Source: a virus (taxonomy: Duplodnaviria > Caudoviricetes). Taken from it: a DNA stretch of 64,000 nt. The translations under genes were made by a program, and so were the position numbers. The notes beneath the pieces were generated by a model. The model saw only the letters and a program-made list of their open reading frames with translations. It did not search any database and was not told where the DNA came from. Of the stretch, positions 38,778-50,200 are shown one piece after another (the stretch's first letter is position 1; each line of letters begins with the position of its first letter). Location of the stretch: positions 57,519 to 121,518 of the IMG/VR virus record IMGVR_UViG_3300048880_000725; one strand, 5' to 3'.

Positions 38778-40553
38778 ATGTCAAAAGAAAAGAAAGCAAA
38801 TGAAAAGCTTTTTGAGCAGCTTAAAACTGGTTTTTTAGACTTTGATCCAGCTCATTTTGTTCAAAATAACCTTACTTTAGACGGAGCTGACTTCCGGGTC
38901 CTTGATAATGGCTGGAAGTTTATGGCAGAGGTTTATCGACATATAGCGCTTCAAGCCACAAGAAAAGATGGAAAGCCTGTAGTTATAAAGAAGGGTCGGC
39001 AGGTCGGCGCAACAGTTATGGCGGGAGCCTTAGACCTCTTCTTTACGAACAGTGGTCTTTTTTGTGACCCGAACATTAGGGTTGTTCACTTATTTCCTGC
39101 TTTAGCTCAGGTTAAAAAGTTTTCTCAAGATAAGCTTGAAACTTTAGTCAGAACTGCTAAAGAAGATTTTATAAATAAAAATAAGCTTATTAGTCAAAAT
39201 TCTGTAGATAACTTAACGATGAAGCAGTTTAATACCGGAACCCTGTGGATAGACAGTCTCGGGTCAGACGGGGACAGGATTCGTGGTATGACTGCAGATA
39301 TTGTTTTCTTTGATGAGGTTCAAGATATGTTTGGGCATGCAATTGGCAACGCAACAAAGATCTTGACGGCAGCAAAGTACGGGCCGACTGGTCAGGGTGT
39401 TCAGGTATATTTTGGCACCCCCAAGAGTAAGAGCTCTTATTTCTCTACAATTTGGGATATGTCAGATCAGAGATATTACCACCTAGGGTGCATCAATTGT
39501 GAGAAGACTTATCCGTTTTATTTGCCAGGAGATGATCGATGGAAATCTATATGGCTTTATGAAAATACTGTACAGTGTCCAGAATGCGGCACTAAGCAGA
39601 AGAAGGTTGAGGCAGTAGAGCGAGGAAAGTGGGTATCGTCTAGAGACCCAAGGGAATGCGAGTTTGTTGGTTTTCATATTAATCAATTATATATACCTTA
39701 TTTTACTAGGGAAAATATAGACAAGCTCATGCCTGAAAATAATCCTGCTCAAACAGAGCGGATTTGGCAAAATGAAGTTGTAGGAGAGTTTTATTCTGGA
39801 GCTGGGTCACCTTTAACCAAGGCAGAGATTTATAGAAAGTGTAGAGATCAAGATAGAAGGTTCTCAAAAGATATAAACTCAGCAGATAAGGATGTGTATC
39901 TTGGTGTTGACTGGGGAGGAAAAGAGGACGATCCAAATGCAAAGGGCGGGCAATCTTATTCCTGTGTGGTTATAATTTCAGCACAGCCAGATGGAACCCT
40001 TTCTGTCGAACACGCTCATAAGCTCAAAAAGAATAATTTTTCATTCAAAAAAGATACTATAAAAGAGATGTATAGAAGGTTCGGAGTAAAAAGGGGCGTT
40101 TCTGACTGGTTTTTTGGGCAAGATGTAGTGCATGATCTTCAGGGAATTTATGGGGAAAAATTCTTAGGAGCACAAGGAAGCGGCAGCTTAATAAAGCCTA
40201 TAAAATATAGAGAAGATGAGCTTATCGTTTCTTATAATAAAGATCTTATGATAGAGGAGCTGTTTGATTTGTTCAGAAAGGGTAAAATAAGGTTTCCGTG
40301 GAAAAGTTACGAATATGTTGAATGGCTGATTGATCACTGTACTTCTATGGAGTCAAAGGTTAGAATCTCAGGTGGCCAGCCGCTTAAAACCTTTGTCAAA
40401 GGTTCAACGCCGAATGACGGACTCATGGCCCTAATGTATGCTTATATGGCATATAAATTTGATTTAACTAAAGGATTTACTATTAAACCTGGTTTAGATA
40501 GAAAGAGCGAATATCTACAGTCAACGTTGGCCAGGGTAACACGGAGGATATAG
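38778..40553 (+). CDS. terL: Terminase large subunit (GpA-like)
   Basis: VIKKGRQVGAT Walker A variant, VFFDE Walker B, FGTP, CxxC/CxxC zinc insert, LGVDWG nuclease motif. Confidence 0.9.
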   Translation: MSKEKKANEKLFEQLKTGFLDFDPAHFVQNNLTLDGADFRVLDNGWKFMAEVYRHIALQATRKDGKPVVIKKGRQVGATVMAGALDLFFTNSGLFCDPNIRVVHLFPALAQVKKFSQDKLETLVRTAKEDFINKNKLISQNSVDNLTMKQFNTGTLWIDSLGSDGDRIRGMTADIVFFDEVQDMFGHAIGNATKILTAAKYGPTGQGVQVYFGTPKSKSSYFSTIWDMSDQRYYHLGCINCEKTYPFYLPGDDRWKSIWLYENTVQCPECGTKQKKVEAVERGKWVSSRDPRECEFVGFHINQLYIPYFTRENIDKLMPENNPAQTERIWQNEVVGEFYSGAGSPLTKAEIYRKCRDQDRRFSKDINSADKDVYLGVDWGGKEDDPNAKGGQSYSCVVIISAQPDGTLSVEHAHKLKKNNFSFKKDTIKEMYRRFGVKRGVSDWFFGQDVVHDLQGIYGEKFLGAQGSGSLIKPIKYREDELIVSYNKDLMIEELFDLFRKGKIRFPWKSYEYVEWLIDHCTSMESKVRISGGQPLKTFVKGSTPNDGLMALMYAYMAYKFDLTKGFTIKPGLDRKSEYLQSTLARVTRRI

Positions 40554-40556
40554 AAA

Positions 40557-42245
40557 ATGAAAAGAATTGGTAAGCCGAACACAGATGTCTCCAAGAAAAC
40601 TGCGGAATCTCTGTCTGAGGTCAGACGTGCGGAAATAACTAGCGCCGTTAATAAGCAGGCTGATTTGCGAGAAGTAGCAGGGCAGTATGGAGCAATCGCT
40701 CATAGCCCTGGATTTAGACATGCCGCCCCAGGCATAATGAAGACAGCCTCCATAGCCTCTCCTATGCCTGGCCCCACTGTTTCTTCGTCAACAGATAGAA
40801 TGGCACCAGAGATATATTCTCCATTATTCCAGCTTGCTAATTTAAATCTCCCAAGAGATAGGGTGACTATGAATGCCTGGAACAGGGTATTCTACGACAC
40901 TCATCCAATTGTTAGAAATGCAATAAATTTACATGCCAGCTATCCTATAAGCAAGATAAATATAACCTGCAAAAACAAGCAGGTTCAGCAGTTTTTTATG
41001 GAAATGGCAGAAAAGATTGATCTGTATTCAGTGGTGTATGGAGCCGCTCTTGAGTTCTGGAAGATGGGAGAAGCCTTTCCATACGCAGAGCTTGACGAAA
41101 GTCTCGGTACTTGGAGCAGGATTACTATTTTAAATCCAGACTATGTACATGTAAAGAAATCTGTGATAGGAAATCATACTCTTGTATCTCTAAGGCCTGA
41201 TGCAAATCTACAGAGAATAATAAGCTCAACATCCCCCTCTGATTTATCTATGAGAAAATATATTCCAAAGCATATAGTGGAGTATGTGAAGAAAGGCCAG
41301 AATATACCGCTTGACTCTTTTAACGTTTCTCACCTTAAGCTTTTAAGCTCTCCCTATGATGTAAGGGGAACGTCTGTCGTAGTCTCTGTATACAAGGACT
41401 TGATGCTATACGATAAGCTTAGAGAGTCAAAATTTGCTCAGGCAGATGGCATGATAAACCCACTCACCTTAGTTACGATGGGAGGAGAGGGCGATTATAG
41501 GCCGACCCAGGCTGACATAGAAGCTTTTAAGAATTTGCTAGAAGAAGCTCAATATGATAAAGATTTTAAGATCGTAACACATAATGGCGTTAAGGTGGAG
41601 CGAGTAGGCTTTTCTGGAGCTACAATGGATGTAGGCCCTGATATTGAACATATTATAACAAATTTATATGCAGGGCTTATGACTCCAAAGGCTTTGATGG
41701 ACCAAGAGGCCGCAACTTATGCTAGCTCTTCCGTTGGGCTTGAGGTCCTTAGGCAGAGATATGATATCTTCAGAAATATGATGAAAAAATGGCTAGAAAG
41801 AAAGGTATTCGCTCCAATATGTGAGATTCAAGATTTTTTTGAATACAAAGATGGTGAAAAAAGACTTCTTGTTCCATCGATAGATTTTAATCATATGAAT
41901 CTATATGATATGGCAGACTACATAACTTCAATTGGCCAATTTGTAGGAAACAAGCAGGTTTCTCTGCAAACTCTTCATCGAAGTCTTGGTTTGAGCTATG
42001 AAGAAGAACGACGAAGAATTAGGGAAGAGATGATTGACGAACAGGTCTTTGCAAAAGAGCAGCAGGTACTTGGAAACATGAGGCTGTCTGAACTGCTAGG
42101 GGTTGATCCGTCTAAAGCTATAGCTGAGCCGCCAGGAGAGGCTGGCTCTGCTGAAGCCGCTATTCCTGGGGTTGAAGGCGGCGATATGGGCGGCGGTGGC
42201 GCTCCGATGGGCGGGGATGCCGGAGGCGGCGAAGGCTTGGTGTAA
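40557..42245 (+). CDS. Portal protein
   Basis: Directly after terL; HPIVRNAINL, FWKMGEAFPY, ILNPDYV, YDVRGTS portal-like pattern; 562 aa. Confidence 0.75.
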   Translation: MKRIGKPNTDVSKKTAESLSEVRRAEITSAVNKQADLREVAGQYGAIAHSPGFRHAAPGIMKTASIASPMPGPTVSSSTDRMAPEIYSPLFQLANLNLPRDRVTMNAWNRVFYDTHPIVRNAINLHASYPISKINITCKNKQVQQFFMEMAEKIDLYSVVYGAALEFWKMGEAFPYAELDESLGTWSRITILNPDYVHVKKSVIGNHTLVSLRPDANLQRIISSTSPSDLSMRKYIPKHIVEYVKKGQNIPLDSFNVSHLKLLSSPYDVRGTSVVVSVYKDLMLYDKLRESKFAQADGMINPLTLVTMGGEGDYRPTQADIEAFKNLLEEAQYDKDFKIVTHNGVKVERVGFSGATMDVGPDIEHIITNLYAGLMTPKALMDQEAATYASSSVGLEVLRQRYDIFRNMMKKWLERKVFAPICEIQDFFEYKDGEKRLLVPSIDFNHMNLYDMADYITSIGQFVGNKQVSLQTLHRSLGLSYEEERRRIREEMIDEQVFAKEQQVLGNMRLSELLGVDPSKAIAEPPGEAGSAEAAIPGVEGGDMGGGGAPMGGDAGGGEGLV

Positions 42246-42251
42246 TGGGGT

Positions 42252-43784
42252 ATGTGGGTTAATATGAAGAAGTTATCTAATGAAAACAATTCAGAGGGTT
42301 CCGAAGCGCCTGATTCTTCTGCTATGTCAGAGGAAGAAGAGAATAAAAAGAAAGAAAGAGAGGAGAAGAATAAAGAAAATATAGCTACTCTTTTGCGATC
42401 TGCTTTAAAATCGGCATCAGAAGGAATTTCAAAAGGCATATCGGCAGACCTTGCTTCAAAGAGGGATGTATCTTCAATTTTTGGTGACATTACGGAGCTT
42501 TTTGTGGCCCCGCTGCTTCTTTCAACGCCCGGAAGAGCTCTTGAGAGAGATATAAAGGGAGCTGCAGGCCTTACGGAGACTAACAACAAGGTTAACTCAG
42601 AGGCCAAGAAAAGGCTTCAACAAAAGATAATAGCTCCATCGATTCAACTTTATACCTCAAACTTTGCTTCGCTTATTAAAGTTTTAAATAAGACTTCTTA
42701 TATAAAAAAAATAGAGCTGAATGACATAACAAATATAGAGGCTATGGCTATTGAGTTTAAGGGGAAGGATCTTTCCGTTACAAACTTTAGCTCAAAAAGT
42801 CCTTACAAAATAATAATAAAACAAATCATACCTATATTGAGAGAAAAGTTTGATGCAATTGTTTCATTCGATCAATCTTTAGGCCCAGGAGCAAAGATCG
42901 ATCACGAGGGGCTTGCTCAGGATTATTTGGAAGGGATGGAGATCTCAGAAGATATAGCGGAATTAGAAAGGTTTTATAAAGCAATACAAGAGTGGAAGGC
43001 AGTCTTGGAGGCCTTTAGTGAAAACGTTGATAACACCACGGGTGTTAGTTCTGAATCGAAAAAAAGCAAGAATACAGATGATGACAAAGAAGAGGGCGGG
43101 GAGGGAAGCGCCTCAGGAGAGGGCCCGCCAGCGGTCGAGACTATTGCAGAGAATATTTATATACATGCAGTTAGACCTGGACAGTATGTTCACAGGGACC
43201 CGACTGGTGCAGGTGGTCTATATATAAATGATCATGCACTAAATAGTGAGGATACACCCGTAGTTAAGTTATATATAAAGGGGGAGGGCTCAGGTAGTGT
43301 TAATTCTTCTGGATCAGGAGAGGCTTATTTAAAGCACTTCATAAATAAGGGCGCTGTTTCCTTTGCCGGCGGCGCAAATTTATCTCAGATTATTTATAAT
43401 GTTACAAGAGAAAGTGTCTCTGGGGGATCAGAGATAACTATTTATTTTAGGCCAAATGGGGTTAAGGCAGTAAAGGGCAGTTCTGCAGAGAGAGTTGAGA
43501 TTATGAGGGTTTCTTTGGATCGCGGAAATATATCTGTATTTGCAGATGATATGTCTCAAGTGGAAACTCTTAGGAAGATTTCTTCAACAGAAACAACCCC
43601 TTATTACCAAACTACCTCGCCAAGTGGTGAAGTCATATTCTTTACTCCATCAGACTTAGTTATATCAGGAGGAAGTGTTAAGGACTCTAAGGGTAATAAG
43701 TTTAAGCCTAAAAAAATAAAAGGAAAGTCTCTCGCCCAAAGAGTTGTTTCCCCAGGCTTTGGTAAGGTGAGGCGAAAGAAATGA
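42252..43784 (+). CDS. Hypothetical putative virion protein (start possibly 42264, MKKLS)
   Basis: Long ORF between portal and protease. Confidence 0.65.
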   Translation: MWVNMKKLSNENNSEGSEAPDSSAMSEEEENKKKEREEKNKENIATLLRSALKSASEGISKGISADLASKRDVSSIFGDITELFVAPLLLSTPGRALERDIKGAAGLTETNNKVNSEAKKRLQQKIIAPSIQLYTSNFASLIKVLNKTSYIKKIELNDITNIEAMAIEFKGKDLSVTNFSSKSPYKIIIKQIIPILREKFDAIVSFDQSLGPGAKIDHEGLAQDYLEGMEISEDIAELERFYKAIQEWKAVLEAFSENVDNTTGVSSESKKSKNTDDDKEEGGEGSASGEGPPAVETIAENIYIHAVRPGQYVHRDPTGAGGLYINDHALNSEDTPVVKLYIKGEGSGSVNSSGSGEAYLKHFINKGAVSFAGGANLSQIIYNVTRESVSGGSEITIYFRPNGVKAVKGSSAERVEIMRVSLDRGNISVFADDMSQVETLRKISSTETTPYYQTTSPSGEVIFFTPSDLVISGGSVKDSKGNKFKPKKIKGKSLAQRVVSPGFGKVRRKK

Positions 43785-44326
43785 AAAAGACAGCCTATAA
43801 TTCTAGAAGGCCGGAAGCCAGCACGCCCTGTAGATCTGCAGAAATACCTTCTGCATCTTCTGGAGAGGAGGGGCTGGGCGGAGAGCCTGGACACGGCGTA
43901 GGAAGAGGCTACACGCTGCCAGGAGAGCCTACGAGCGCCTATGATGGAGATCCGGAAAAAGAGCTTTTGGATCCCCCGAGGTTTAGACGTAGCAGAAAGG
44001 TTGACTCAAAAGCGTTATTAGATTTATTTGTTATGCTTGCAGATGAAATGGACGGCGAGGGCGAACATGTTATGGCGAATTTTGCAGATTTTATGATTAA
44101 AAAAATTGCAGAACAAAGAGATCTTGATTATTCTATGCTCTTTAAGGATCTTCTAGTAAAGATTGTAGAGTCAGATATTGTAGATAAGAATAAGCTAATT
44201 ATATCCCTAGTAAGTATATTTAATAGAGCTTTGGTTATTAGCGCTAATAATGGTGCCACGCTAAGCAAGGCTAAGCTAAATGCCTATCAGGCGGCTGTAT
44301 CAAGGGCAGAGGAATATGTCAGATAA
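43781..44326 (+). CDS. Putative head protein (starts MKKTA; carries a helix-hairpin motif variant)
   Basis: LADEMDGEGEHVMANFADFMIKKIA. Confidence 0.6.
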   Translation: MKKTAYNSRRPEASTPCRSAEIPSASSGEEGLGGEPGHGVGRGYTLPGEPTSAYDGDPEKELLDPPRFRRSRKVDSKALLDLFVMLADEMDGEGEHVMANFADFMIKKIAEQRDLDYSMLFKDLLVKIVESDIVDKNKLIISLVSIFNRALVISANNGATLSKAKLNAYQAAVSRAEEYVR

Positions 44327-44615
44327 GATAAAGAAACATTCCCAGCTATTAGAGCAGAATCCGGTATATGTTGCAGAGCAGCTTCATAGTATGATTAAGG
44401 TTATGATATCAAGAATGTCGCCTGAAGCAAGGATGCGGTCTTACCAAAACGTTTCCGGCAGGATTGCCGATTTTAATGTTGTGGAGATAGCTTCAAAAAA
44501 AGCTCCTGGCGGCGCAGCGATAGGGGTGAGTCTAGGTCTGGTTAAAAATGTTTTGAACGGTAAGGACCCATACTTTATAAACACAGTTCTTAAAGAGCTT
44601 GTGATTAGACTATGA
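44316..44615 (+). CDS. Small hypothetical protein
   Basis: ATG 44316 after GAGGA; overlaps the previous stop. Confidence 0.6.
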   Translation: MSDKIKKHSQLLEQNPVYVAEQLHSMIKVMISRMSPEARMRSYQNVSGRIADFNVVEIASKKAPGGAAIGVSLGLVKNVLNGKDPYFINTVLKELVIRL

Positions 44616-44658
44616 TTATTCTGCTATTTTTTTAGATAAATAGTAATCAGGAGATGAG

Positions 44659-46899
44659 ATGAAAAAAGAGGCTTGGCCATGGATAGGGAGAACAGAGAAT
44701 GAGATGGGGTCTATGGCTCCCAGGGGAGACTCTTTTCGGGACATCTCCAATGATGCATACGAGGGTTACGATATGCTTTCTCCTGTAAAGCACATTCACG
44801 AAGGTACGCCCCCAGAGTCTGGCGGCGAAGGTATGCGGTATACTGCTCAGCCTAGCTTTTCTGACATGCAAGATGATGAGCTTTCCGCCCTGCTGGATAT
44901 GCTTCAGTCTATTCGAGCCTCACTTGAAGATAATATGACTATAGCTACGATGGGAAGCTTAGGCCTGGAATGTTCTAAGGCTTTTTTGGATAAAAAAGTG
45001 AATATAGTTAATTTATATAAGACATCCGAGGCAATAGATTCTGATTCAAGAATTCATAAAGATTCTGGATCCCCAATGTTTCATAGGTTTCAAACTAGGC
45101 TGGATGGATTTATTCTTGATGTATCTACGGCTTCAAGAGAAGAAGCTCTTCTTTCTATAAAAAATTTATCCGAACAGATCGCTTTTAGTGGGTCTGGAAT
45201 CATCTTGTCTTCGCCCAAGGCTGATATAGATAAACTTATTGGCAGAGGGGGCTTTAGTATTTTGAAGAAGCACTCTGGACTGTATGGCAAGTATCTCGTA
45301 AAGAGCGCTAGAGGGAGCAAGGTCGCTATAGCGAGATATTATGATAATAATGCTACAGAAGTTGCGTCATTTTTATGTGATATAGCAGAGACGTTTGATG
45401 AGAAAAAGGATGGATTGCAGGTTTATTCTAGGCTGAAAAAAGAATGTGGGTTAGTATTTTCATACAAAAGGCCCACAGATGTTATGTTTCACATGGGCAG
45501 TGTTAGTTACCCTATAGATATTATCTTTATAGATAAAGACGACAATGTTAAGGCTATTTATAAGAATATTTCACCAGGATCTTTAGAGGTCTTTGGCGCA
45601 TCTGGCATATCTAATGTCCTTGAAATCTCCGGTGGCCTATCTAACCTTTTGGATATAAAAGTTGGTGGAAAGATTTACATCACCAGAGGAGAGGCTTATT
45701 CTGGTGATATAGAAAAGATTGGTTCGCTTCTTTCTGATTTAGACATAAATGGAGTCGCATTTAAACATACGCATTCAGGTAATCCGGCTGCATATAATAT
45801 TGCAGGAAAGAATATTATAAGAGTTAGGGGGAAAGAAGCCCCGTCTACGTTTAATATTATGAAAAAGTTTGCTTCGAAAAATATAGCCTTGGAAAATAGG
45901 TCTACCGCTGTAGACATAGACACTTTTTTAAGCTCACTGGGAAGAGTAAGGCTATATTCTAGTGAGCCTCCAAATATTAAGGGCAGAATTCATTGTGGTA
46001 TTTTTAATGAAACATTTTCTATAAAAGAAGGCTCTTATATAGATGTTCCCGCATTAACTTTTTTCAGGAAAGGCGTATATGAAAAGCTGAGTGAGAATTA
46101 TTCTTTTATAGATAACAAATCTATTCTAGAGTCCTTTTCTCTTGATCATAAGAAGATTCTTAAGAAGATAGGCTCAAAAAGCTCTACTGATATTATAGTT
46201 GTTTCCAGAGAAGAGCTGGAAACGGATCTTGTAGAAATGTTTCTGGAGAAGTCTATAGAAAAGATATTTGGAGAAAAGATATGTATAACTTCCTCTTCAT
46301 TGCAGATTCCTAAAAGCTTTGGATCAAAGAGCGCATATAAAGCTGTAAACCAGAGGTTTGGGGACGCAGACCTATGTTCTCATGCTCTTGTGAAGGAAGG
46401 CGGAATGCCTGTTCCTGAGGGAACGAAAGACAAGGCGAGAAATGCTTTGAAATATATTTCTAGATCATCAGAGCTTTGTGACAAATTAGTGGATAATTTT
46501 GGTAAAAATTTAGAAGCTTATAACAAAATCTCAGGCAATGCAGATGCTATCGCCTCTAGTAAAGGAAAATACAACCAGTCATGTAAGAGAAATTCTAGAT
46601 TAGCAAAAAGAATGCTTTTAAATATCAAGAGCAGTATTCAGATGCTAAATGAGATAAAAGATATATCAACTACATCAGAGGTAATAGGCGCTATAGCTGA
46701 AGCGGCAAAAGTTTCTTCAGAGTCAGTAAAAGAAATTATAGATTTAATAAGTGTAATTGATACAGATGAATTTTCGACCAAGTTAGAAGAATCTACGGGC
46801 AAGGCGGAGTCTTCTTTAAAAGATACGGTGATGACCCTCAGTAGAGCAAAAGATTATATTAATAATGACATTCTTGGTATACTGGTTCTTACGGAGTAA
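44659..46899 (+). CDS. Multidomain protein with internal DUF192 domain
   Basis: DIAETFDEKKDGL...GLVFSY...FHMGSVSYPIDIIFID...VLEISGG. Confidence 0.75.
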   Translation: MKKEAWPWIGRTENEMGSMAPRGDSFRDISNDAYEGYDMLSPVKHIHEGTPPESGGEGMRYTAQPSFSDMQDDELSALLDMLQSIRASLEDNMTIATMGSLGLECSKAFLDKKVNIVNLYKTSEAIDSDSRIHKDSGSPMFHRFQTRLDGFILDVSTASREEALLSIKNLSEQIAFSGSGIILSSPKADIDKLIGRGGFSILKKHSGLYGKYLVKSARGSKVAIARYYDNNATEVASFLCDIAETFDEKKDGLQVYSRLKKECGLVFSYKRPTDVMFHMGSVSYPIDIIFIDKDDNVKAIYKNISPGSLEVFGASGISNVLEISGGLSNLLDIKVGGKIYITRGEAYSGDIEKIGSLLSDLDINGVAFKHTHSGNPAAYNIAGKNIIRVRGKEAPSTFNIMKKFASKNIALENRSTAVDIDTFLSSLGRVRLYSSEPPNIKGRIHCGIFNETFSIKEGSYIDVPALTFFRKGVYEKLSENYSFIDNKSILESFSLDHKKILKKIGSKSSTDIIVVSREELETDLVEMFLEKSIEKIFGEKICITSSSLQIPKSFGSKSAYKAVNQRFGDADLCSHALVKEGGMPVPEGTKDKARNALKYISRSSELCDKLVDNFGKNLEAYNKISGNADAIASSKGKYNQSCKRNSRLAKRMLLNIKSSIQMLNEIKDISTTSEVIGAIAEAAKVSSESVKEIIDLISVIDTDEFSTKLEESTGKAESSLKDTVMTLSRAKDYINNDILGILVLTE

Positions 46900-46901
46900 A
46901 T

Positions 46902-47078
46902 ATGTTTATAAAATTTAGTGATAAAACAAAGAATATCATGGTTAAAAAAAGCAGCGAAGAGGCTGTGGACGGCTATCTTGATGAGGAGTGTTTGTTTTTG
47001 GATAGTAATGATGAAAAAGATAGAAGAGTCAAAGCTTTATCTGAATATGAAAAAAATAAGCCAAAAGACAAGAATTAG
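46902..47078 (+). CDS. 58-aa hypothetical protein (not in the ORF track)
   Basis: MFIKFSDKTKNIMVKKSSEE...; GGAG SD overlaps the previous gene end. Confidence 0.55.
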   Translation: MFIKFSDKTKNIMVKKSSEEAVDGYLDEECLFLDSNDEKDRRVKALSEYEKNKPKDKN

Positions 47079-47206
47079 TATAAAAACTATGTAATTCAAA
47101 AAAATTTTACACAAAAAAAGCAGAAACTAATATTTATATAAATATTTGTAGTTTACGTGTCTGCTGTAAGTTTCATATAAGATGTTTCGTATAAGGGTTT
47201 TATTAA

Positions 47207-50200
47207 ATGTTTAAAAAAGTATGTTTCTCTCCAGAAAGTGATGCTGTCTCTACACACACATCTGCGGAGATTTCAGCAAATCCAAAATTGGTAGAGAGGA
47301 TGACTAAGCTTGCTAATGGTATTAAGACCATAGCACCTAGGTCAGATGACTTTCTTTATTTTTCTATAATATTTTTAAAAGCAGCAGAATCTGCCACATT
47401 AGACGACTCTGGACTTATAAAGAAGACCTCAAGCGGAGATAACGCTTGGGGTTTTTTTGATGAAAACTGGAAATGGCATGGAAACGTAAAACCTCACAGA
47501 AATAATAATAACGATATCTTCCCTGAATCAGAGCTAAAGATTGCTGCAAAAAAATGGATAGGCATGCCCCTGTGTCGTGACCATGAGTCAAGCTCTGTAG
47601 ACGGAATTCGTGGGATCATCCTAGATGCGCATTATGATGAGAAATTTAAGCAGATCATTGGCCTCTGTGCTTTAGACAAGATTAATTATCCTGATTTAGC
47701 GAGAAAGGTTGAAACGGGACTTGTTAGGTACGGATCAATGGGCACAGCCGTTGAGACATCTATATGCTCAGATTGTGGAAATAGGGCTCAAACTCAAAAA
47801 GAGTATTGTGAGCATGTAAATAATAGGCTTGCTCACGGTGAAATAAACGTTGGTCTAAAGCCAATAGAGTACAGCCTTGTCGTCCAGCCTGCGGAACCTG
47901 GTGCGGTATTGTTAAAGTGTATTGCCTCTCTGCAGGGCTATAGGCAAGAACTTTCAAATTATGGAGTAGATAATGTAGATGAAATGCTCGGCAAGCTTTC
48001 GTTTGGTCAAGCTCAACATTTGGAAGGTATAATGAAAACAGCCTGTGGAGATACGGGCTGTTCTATTTCTGAGAGAAAAAAAATCGTTAGAAGTTTTTTG
48101 AAAAATAATTCGTTACTTAAAGAATCTCATTCAACTGGGGATGATTCAGGTGAGAGCTTTGCAAACACAGGTATCGCTGGTTTATCAGAACGCCTAAGGA
48201 GTGCAACGGAAGCGGCAAAGGCTTTGGCGGATCCTGATGTGCCAGAAGACGCAAGAAAGATTCTTAGTAGTTTAATGAATAAGTTAAAGTTAGAAGAAAA
48301 GTTAGAGGATGAAGGACAATTAAGAGGAGAAATGACCTCTAGGCCCCAAGATGATCAGGAGTCGTTTACTTCTGGTGAAAATACAGAGGGGGCTATAGGG
48401 GCTGGGGGCGTTCCGCTGTTTAGTGCAGCGCCATCAAATTCTCAAACTAGTATGTTAGGTGGAGGGGATACCGGGAATAGGCCCGATTTTCCACCGGATG
48501 ATGACATTTTGTCATTTGACAATCCGTCTGGCGGTGAAGCTGTGACGGTTGAATCAAGTAGAAGAAATCACAGTATTAAAGTTGCAAATAATGATCTAGA
48601 TAATGATTATGTAGACGACTTTTCAATCAATTCAATAATGGAGGATATTATGAATGAGTCAAGATTAAGAAAGAGAGCAGAGCTTCGCCGTAGAATAGCT
48701 TATATGCAAGGTGGAGCGGAGGGTGTCGAGCCAAATACTTACAAGAGTGAGACTTGGGACAGAGACCAGGACAAGCAAATGAAGCAGACCGGCAATATGG
48801 GCGGAACTGATGGCATGGCCCCTGGAGATAAGGAAACAAAAGAGAAGCTTAGTCGTGCAGAGCTTAAGCAGCGTAGACTTAAGCGCTTAGCTTATATGCA
48901 AGGTGGAGCTGAAGGTGTTGAGCCAAATACTTACAAGAGTGAGACTTGGGATAGAAACCAGGACAAGCAAATGCAGCAGACCGGCAATATGGGCGGAACT
49001 GACGGAACCTTTCCTGGAGATAAGGAGACTAAGGAGAAGCTTAGTCGTGCAGCATATAATGGCCCTGCCCTAAGAACTAGGTTCAGTGTAAGGCGCAGAA
49101 CAGACGGATCAGTTGATAGAGGGAACAGCGTTTTTGAGGTTTTTGCTGGAGATCGAAGAGTTATAGCTGCAACTGCAGGCCAAATCTACCAAGATGAGCT
49201 TGCGGGAAATTGGGAGTGGATTTCTAGTCAGGAATATGGCAGAGAGGTTTGCTCTCAGATCAGACAGGCCGGACTTGATAAAGTGTCGAGTTTGCTAAAG
49301 ACGGCACAAGAGGCTCCCCCGTTGGACGATATGGGCGGTGCTCCGCCTGACCTTCCCCCGTTGGACGATATGGGCGGTGCTCCGCCTGACCTTCCCCCGT
49401 TGGACGATATGGGCGGTGCTCCGCCTGACCTTCCCCCGTTGGACGATGCTGGGGCCCCACCTGAGGAGGAAGAGGACTTAACTCCATCGGAAGAGATTGA
49501 AAATAGACTTGCGGACATGGAAGGACTCCTTGACGAGATAAGAGACTTCGTGTCAAAGCTTGAGGACGAAAGACTTGCTGACGTAGATGTTAACGTATTT
49601 ACTGGAAAGGGCAAAGAAGGAGAGACTGTCGAGGCTGGTGACGGCGGGCTTGGTGCTTTGTCCTCAGAGCTTATTAGCGGGCTAAAAACTGCTTACAGAA
49701 GGCTTGACGGCTCTGCCGATGAGCTTTCTTTGGTTGCAGAAACTTATGATAATATATCTAAGTTGTCTTCCGGGAACAGAAAGCAGTTTGTAAAGCTTGC
49801 ATCCGCAGCTGTAAAGGATGCCGATCATCTTACGGGAGAATCAAGAGGGCTTATGAAGGTCGCCAGATCGGTCATGGAAGATATGGCTCAAGACGGCTCT
49901 TTCGCTGATGATGCTGATGATGCTGACGACGCCACAGATTTTCTGACATTTGCAGATTCAAATGATGCAGATGATAATATCGAAGATGGAGATGGTGATT
50001 CTGCAGATGACTATATTGATGATGGCGCTGTAGATTCGGCAGATGATAATGCAGAAGATCTCGTGGCAGAAGCCATGAGCCTGAGAAAAGCTAGGAGAGA
50101 ATCCCTTCTAAAGCAAGCTGAAAATAGATTTCTTTCAGAAAGAGCCGCAAGCAGAGAGAATATTCTGAAACAAGCAGAGGGATCGCATGTATCTGATGAG

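Noticed and set aside
49316-49447. 39-nt repeats as a CRISPR array
   Set aside because: The repeats are contiguous with no spacers and are in-frame coding
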